Source: a virus
UHGV virus genome: UHGV-0253196
Strand: one strand, 5' to 3'
DNA length: 64,000 nt
This document shows positions 62,938 to 64,000 of the stretch, piece after piece. Within the stretch, counting starts at the first letter, position 1; every line of letters starts with the position of its first letter. The notes beneath the pieces were generated by a model. That model searched no databases. It was not told where the DNA came from and was given only the letters and a program-made list of their open reading frames with translations. The position numbers and the translations under genes were made by a program.

Positions 62938-64000
62938 ATGAATAGTTTCAGCAGGACACTTGATAGTACACCGTCTTACTTATTAGACCCGGTGTTAAGC
63001 AGTGGTGAGTTGTCCACCAAACAGAAAGAAGACCTTGAAAACCAGATAAGAGCGTGGAACTTCTATAAGGGGTATCACTGGGAAGAACTGCCAGAGCAGG
63101 ACAAACCAGAGATTACCGTGAACTACTGTAGAAAGTTCGTGGATAAGTATGTAGCGTTTGAGTTAGGTAATTCATTCACCATCACAGTGAACAAGAAGTT
63201 AGACGAAGAAGTGTTGACAGAAGATGGTGAAACACTGTTAGACTACCTTAACAACGTGTGGGTGAATAATAATCAATATGACCTAACCGTTGAGATAGGT
63301 CAGATGAAAGCAATCACCGCCAGAGCGTGGGTTCAAGTCCGTTTTGAAGAACCGGGAGAGTTTGAAGACCCATTCGGTTTTTATCCGAAGGGCCGCATAA
63401 GGTTGTTACTTCATAACAGTAAGACAGTGTTTGCGGATTATGATGAACACGATAAGACAAAGCTGGTGAAACTTACTTTAATGTACTACTATGACACCTA
63501 CACCTCAGTAGGTTTAACACGTAGACCCACACTGACTAAAGTCCAGTATAAGCAAGTATGGACTAAGGATAGTTGTGTTGTTACAGACAATGGTGTATCA
63601 AAGACCTACCCTAATAGATATGGTATCATACCGTTTGTGCAGATAAAGAATTTAAGTGACGCAGACACCACCTGGGGACGTGGAGACCTTGATGATATTA
63701 TTCCTCTTAATATGGAAGTGAATCTTAAAAAGAGTGATATATCGGAAATCATTGAGTATCATTCCGCACCCATCACGATTGTGTATGGTGCAAAGATTGG
63801 TAGTCTTGAAAAGGGCGCGAATAAAATGTGGGGTGGTATACCCAAAGACGCGAAAGTACAGAACCTTGAAATGCAGAGTGAGTTAGGCGCGTCAAGGGCA
63901 TATGTAGACGATACCAAAGAGGAAATGTGCCAGATAGCAAGTGTACCTAGTCAGTCTTTAGGTGGTGCTACAGCTATCAGTAATACCAGTGGTGTTGCAC
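62938..64000 (+). CDS. portal protein, 3'-truncated at the window edge (not in the ORF track)
   Basis: RBS AAGGAGG lies 7 nt upstream of ATG 62938. The frame is open to the window end. It lies immediately downstream of terL. Confidence 0.55.
   Translation, partial: MNSFSRTLDSTPSYLLDPVLSSGELSTKQKEDLENQIRAWNFYKGYHWEELPEQDKPEITVNYCRKFVDKYVAFELGNSFTITVNKKLDEEVLTEDGETLLDYLNNVWVNNNQYDLTVEIGQMKAITARAWVQVRFEEPGEFEDPFGFYPKGRIRLLLHNSKTVFADYDEHDKTKLVKLTLMYYYDTYTSVGLTRRPTLTKVQYKQVWTKDSCVVTDNGVSKTYPNRYGIIPFVQIKNLSDADTTWGRGDLDDIIPLNMEVNLKKSDISEIIEYHSAPITIVYGAKIGSLEKGANKMWGGIPKDAKVQNLEMQSELGASRAYVDDTKEEMCQIASVPSQSLGGATAISNTSGVA

Overview
The window looks like a 64-kb slice of a large virulent tailed dsDNA phage of a spore-forming Firmicute, probably Bacillus-like. 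The host guess rests on sigma-A type TTGACA-17-TATAAT promoters, GGAGG ribosome-binding sites, TTG/GTG starts, a SpoVS homologue, a SleB-like hydrolase and a CHAP/choline-binding-repeat lysin. All genes but one run on the + strand. The order is:
- 1-5000: 3' end of the tail-fibre module.
- 5.6-8.3 kb: lysis cassette (holin plus CHAP endolysin).
- 8.5-30 kb: replication and recombination module (intein-containing SF2 helicase, DnaC-like loader, DnaB, primase, gp32-like SSB, HU, family-A DNA polymerase, RecA/UvsX-like, Cas4-like and PD-(D/E)xK nucleases).
- 30.7-38.6 kb: a 7-deazaguanine (preQ0-type) DNA-modification cluster (QueD, QueE, MazG-like, a QueC-radical-SAM fusion, FolE, an iron-sulfur flavoprotein, a long DpdA/TGT-like protein).
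- 38.7-51 kb: about 11 kb of small early or host-takeover genes, most with their own sigma-A promoter, Zn-ribbon proteins, a MazF-like protein and several repeated intergenic motifs.
- 47.9-49.1 kb: a 1.2-kb non-coding repeat and polypyrimidine region.
- 51.17 kb: a tRNA-like gene.
- 51.5-59.2 kb: SleB-like hydrolase, SprT-like protein, acidic SAP-domain protein and ATP-dependent ligase.
- 59.3-64 kb: large terminase carrying two LAGLIDADG inteins, then a partial portal gene.
The strongest candidate for a novel system is the deazaguanine cluster, specifically the QueC-radical-SAM/SPASM fusion with a co-located Fe-S flavoprotein and an oversized TGT-like transglycosylase. All calls come from reading motifs in the sequence; no database search was run.
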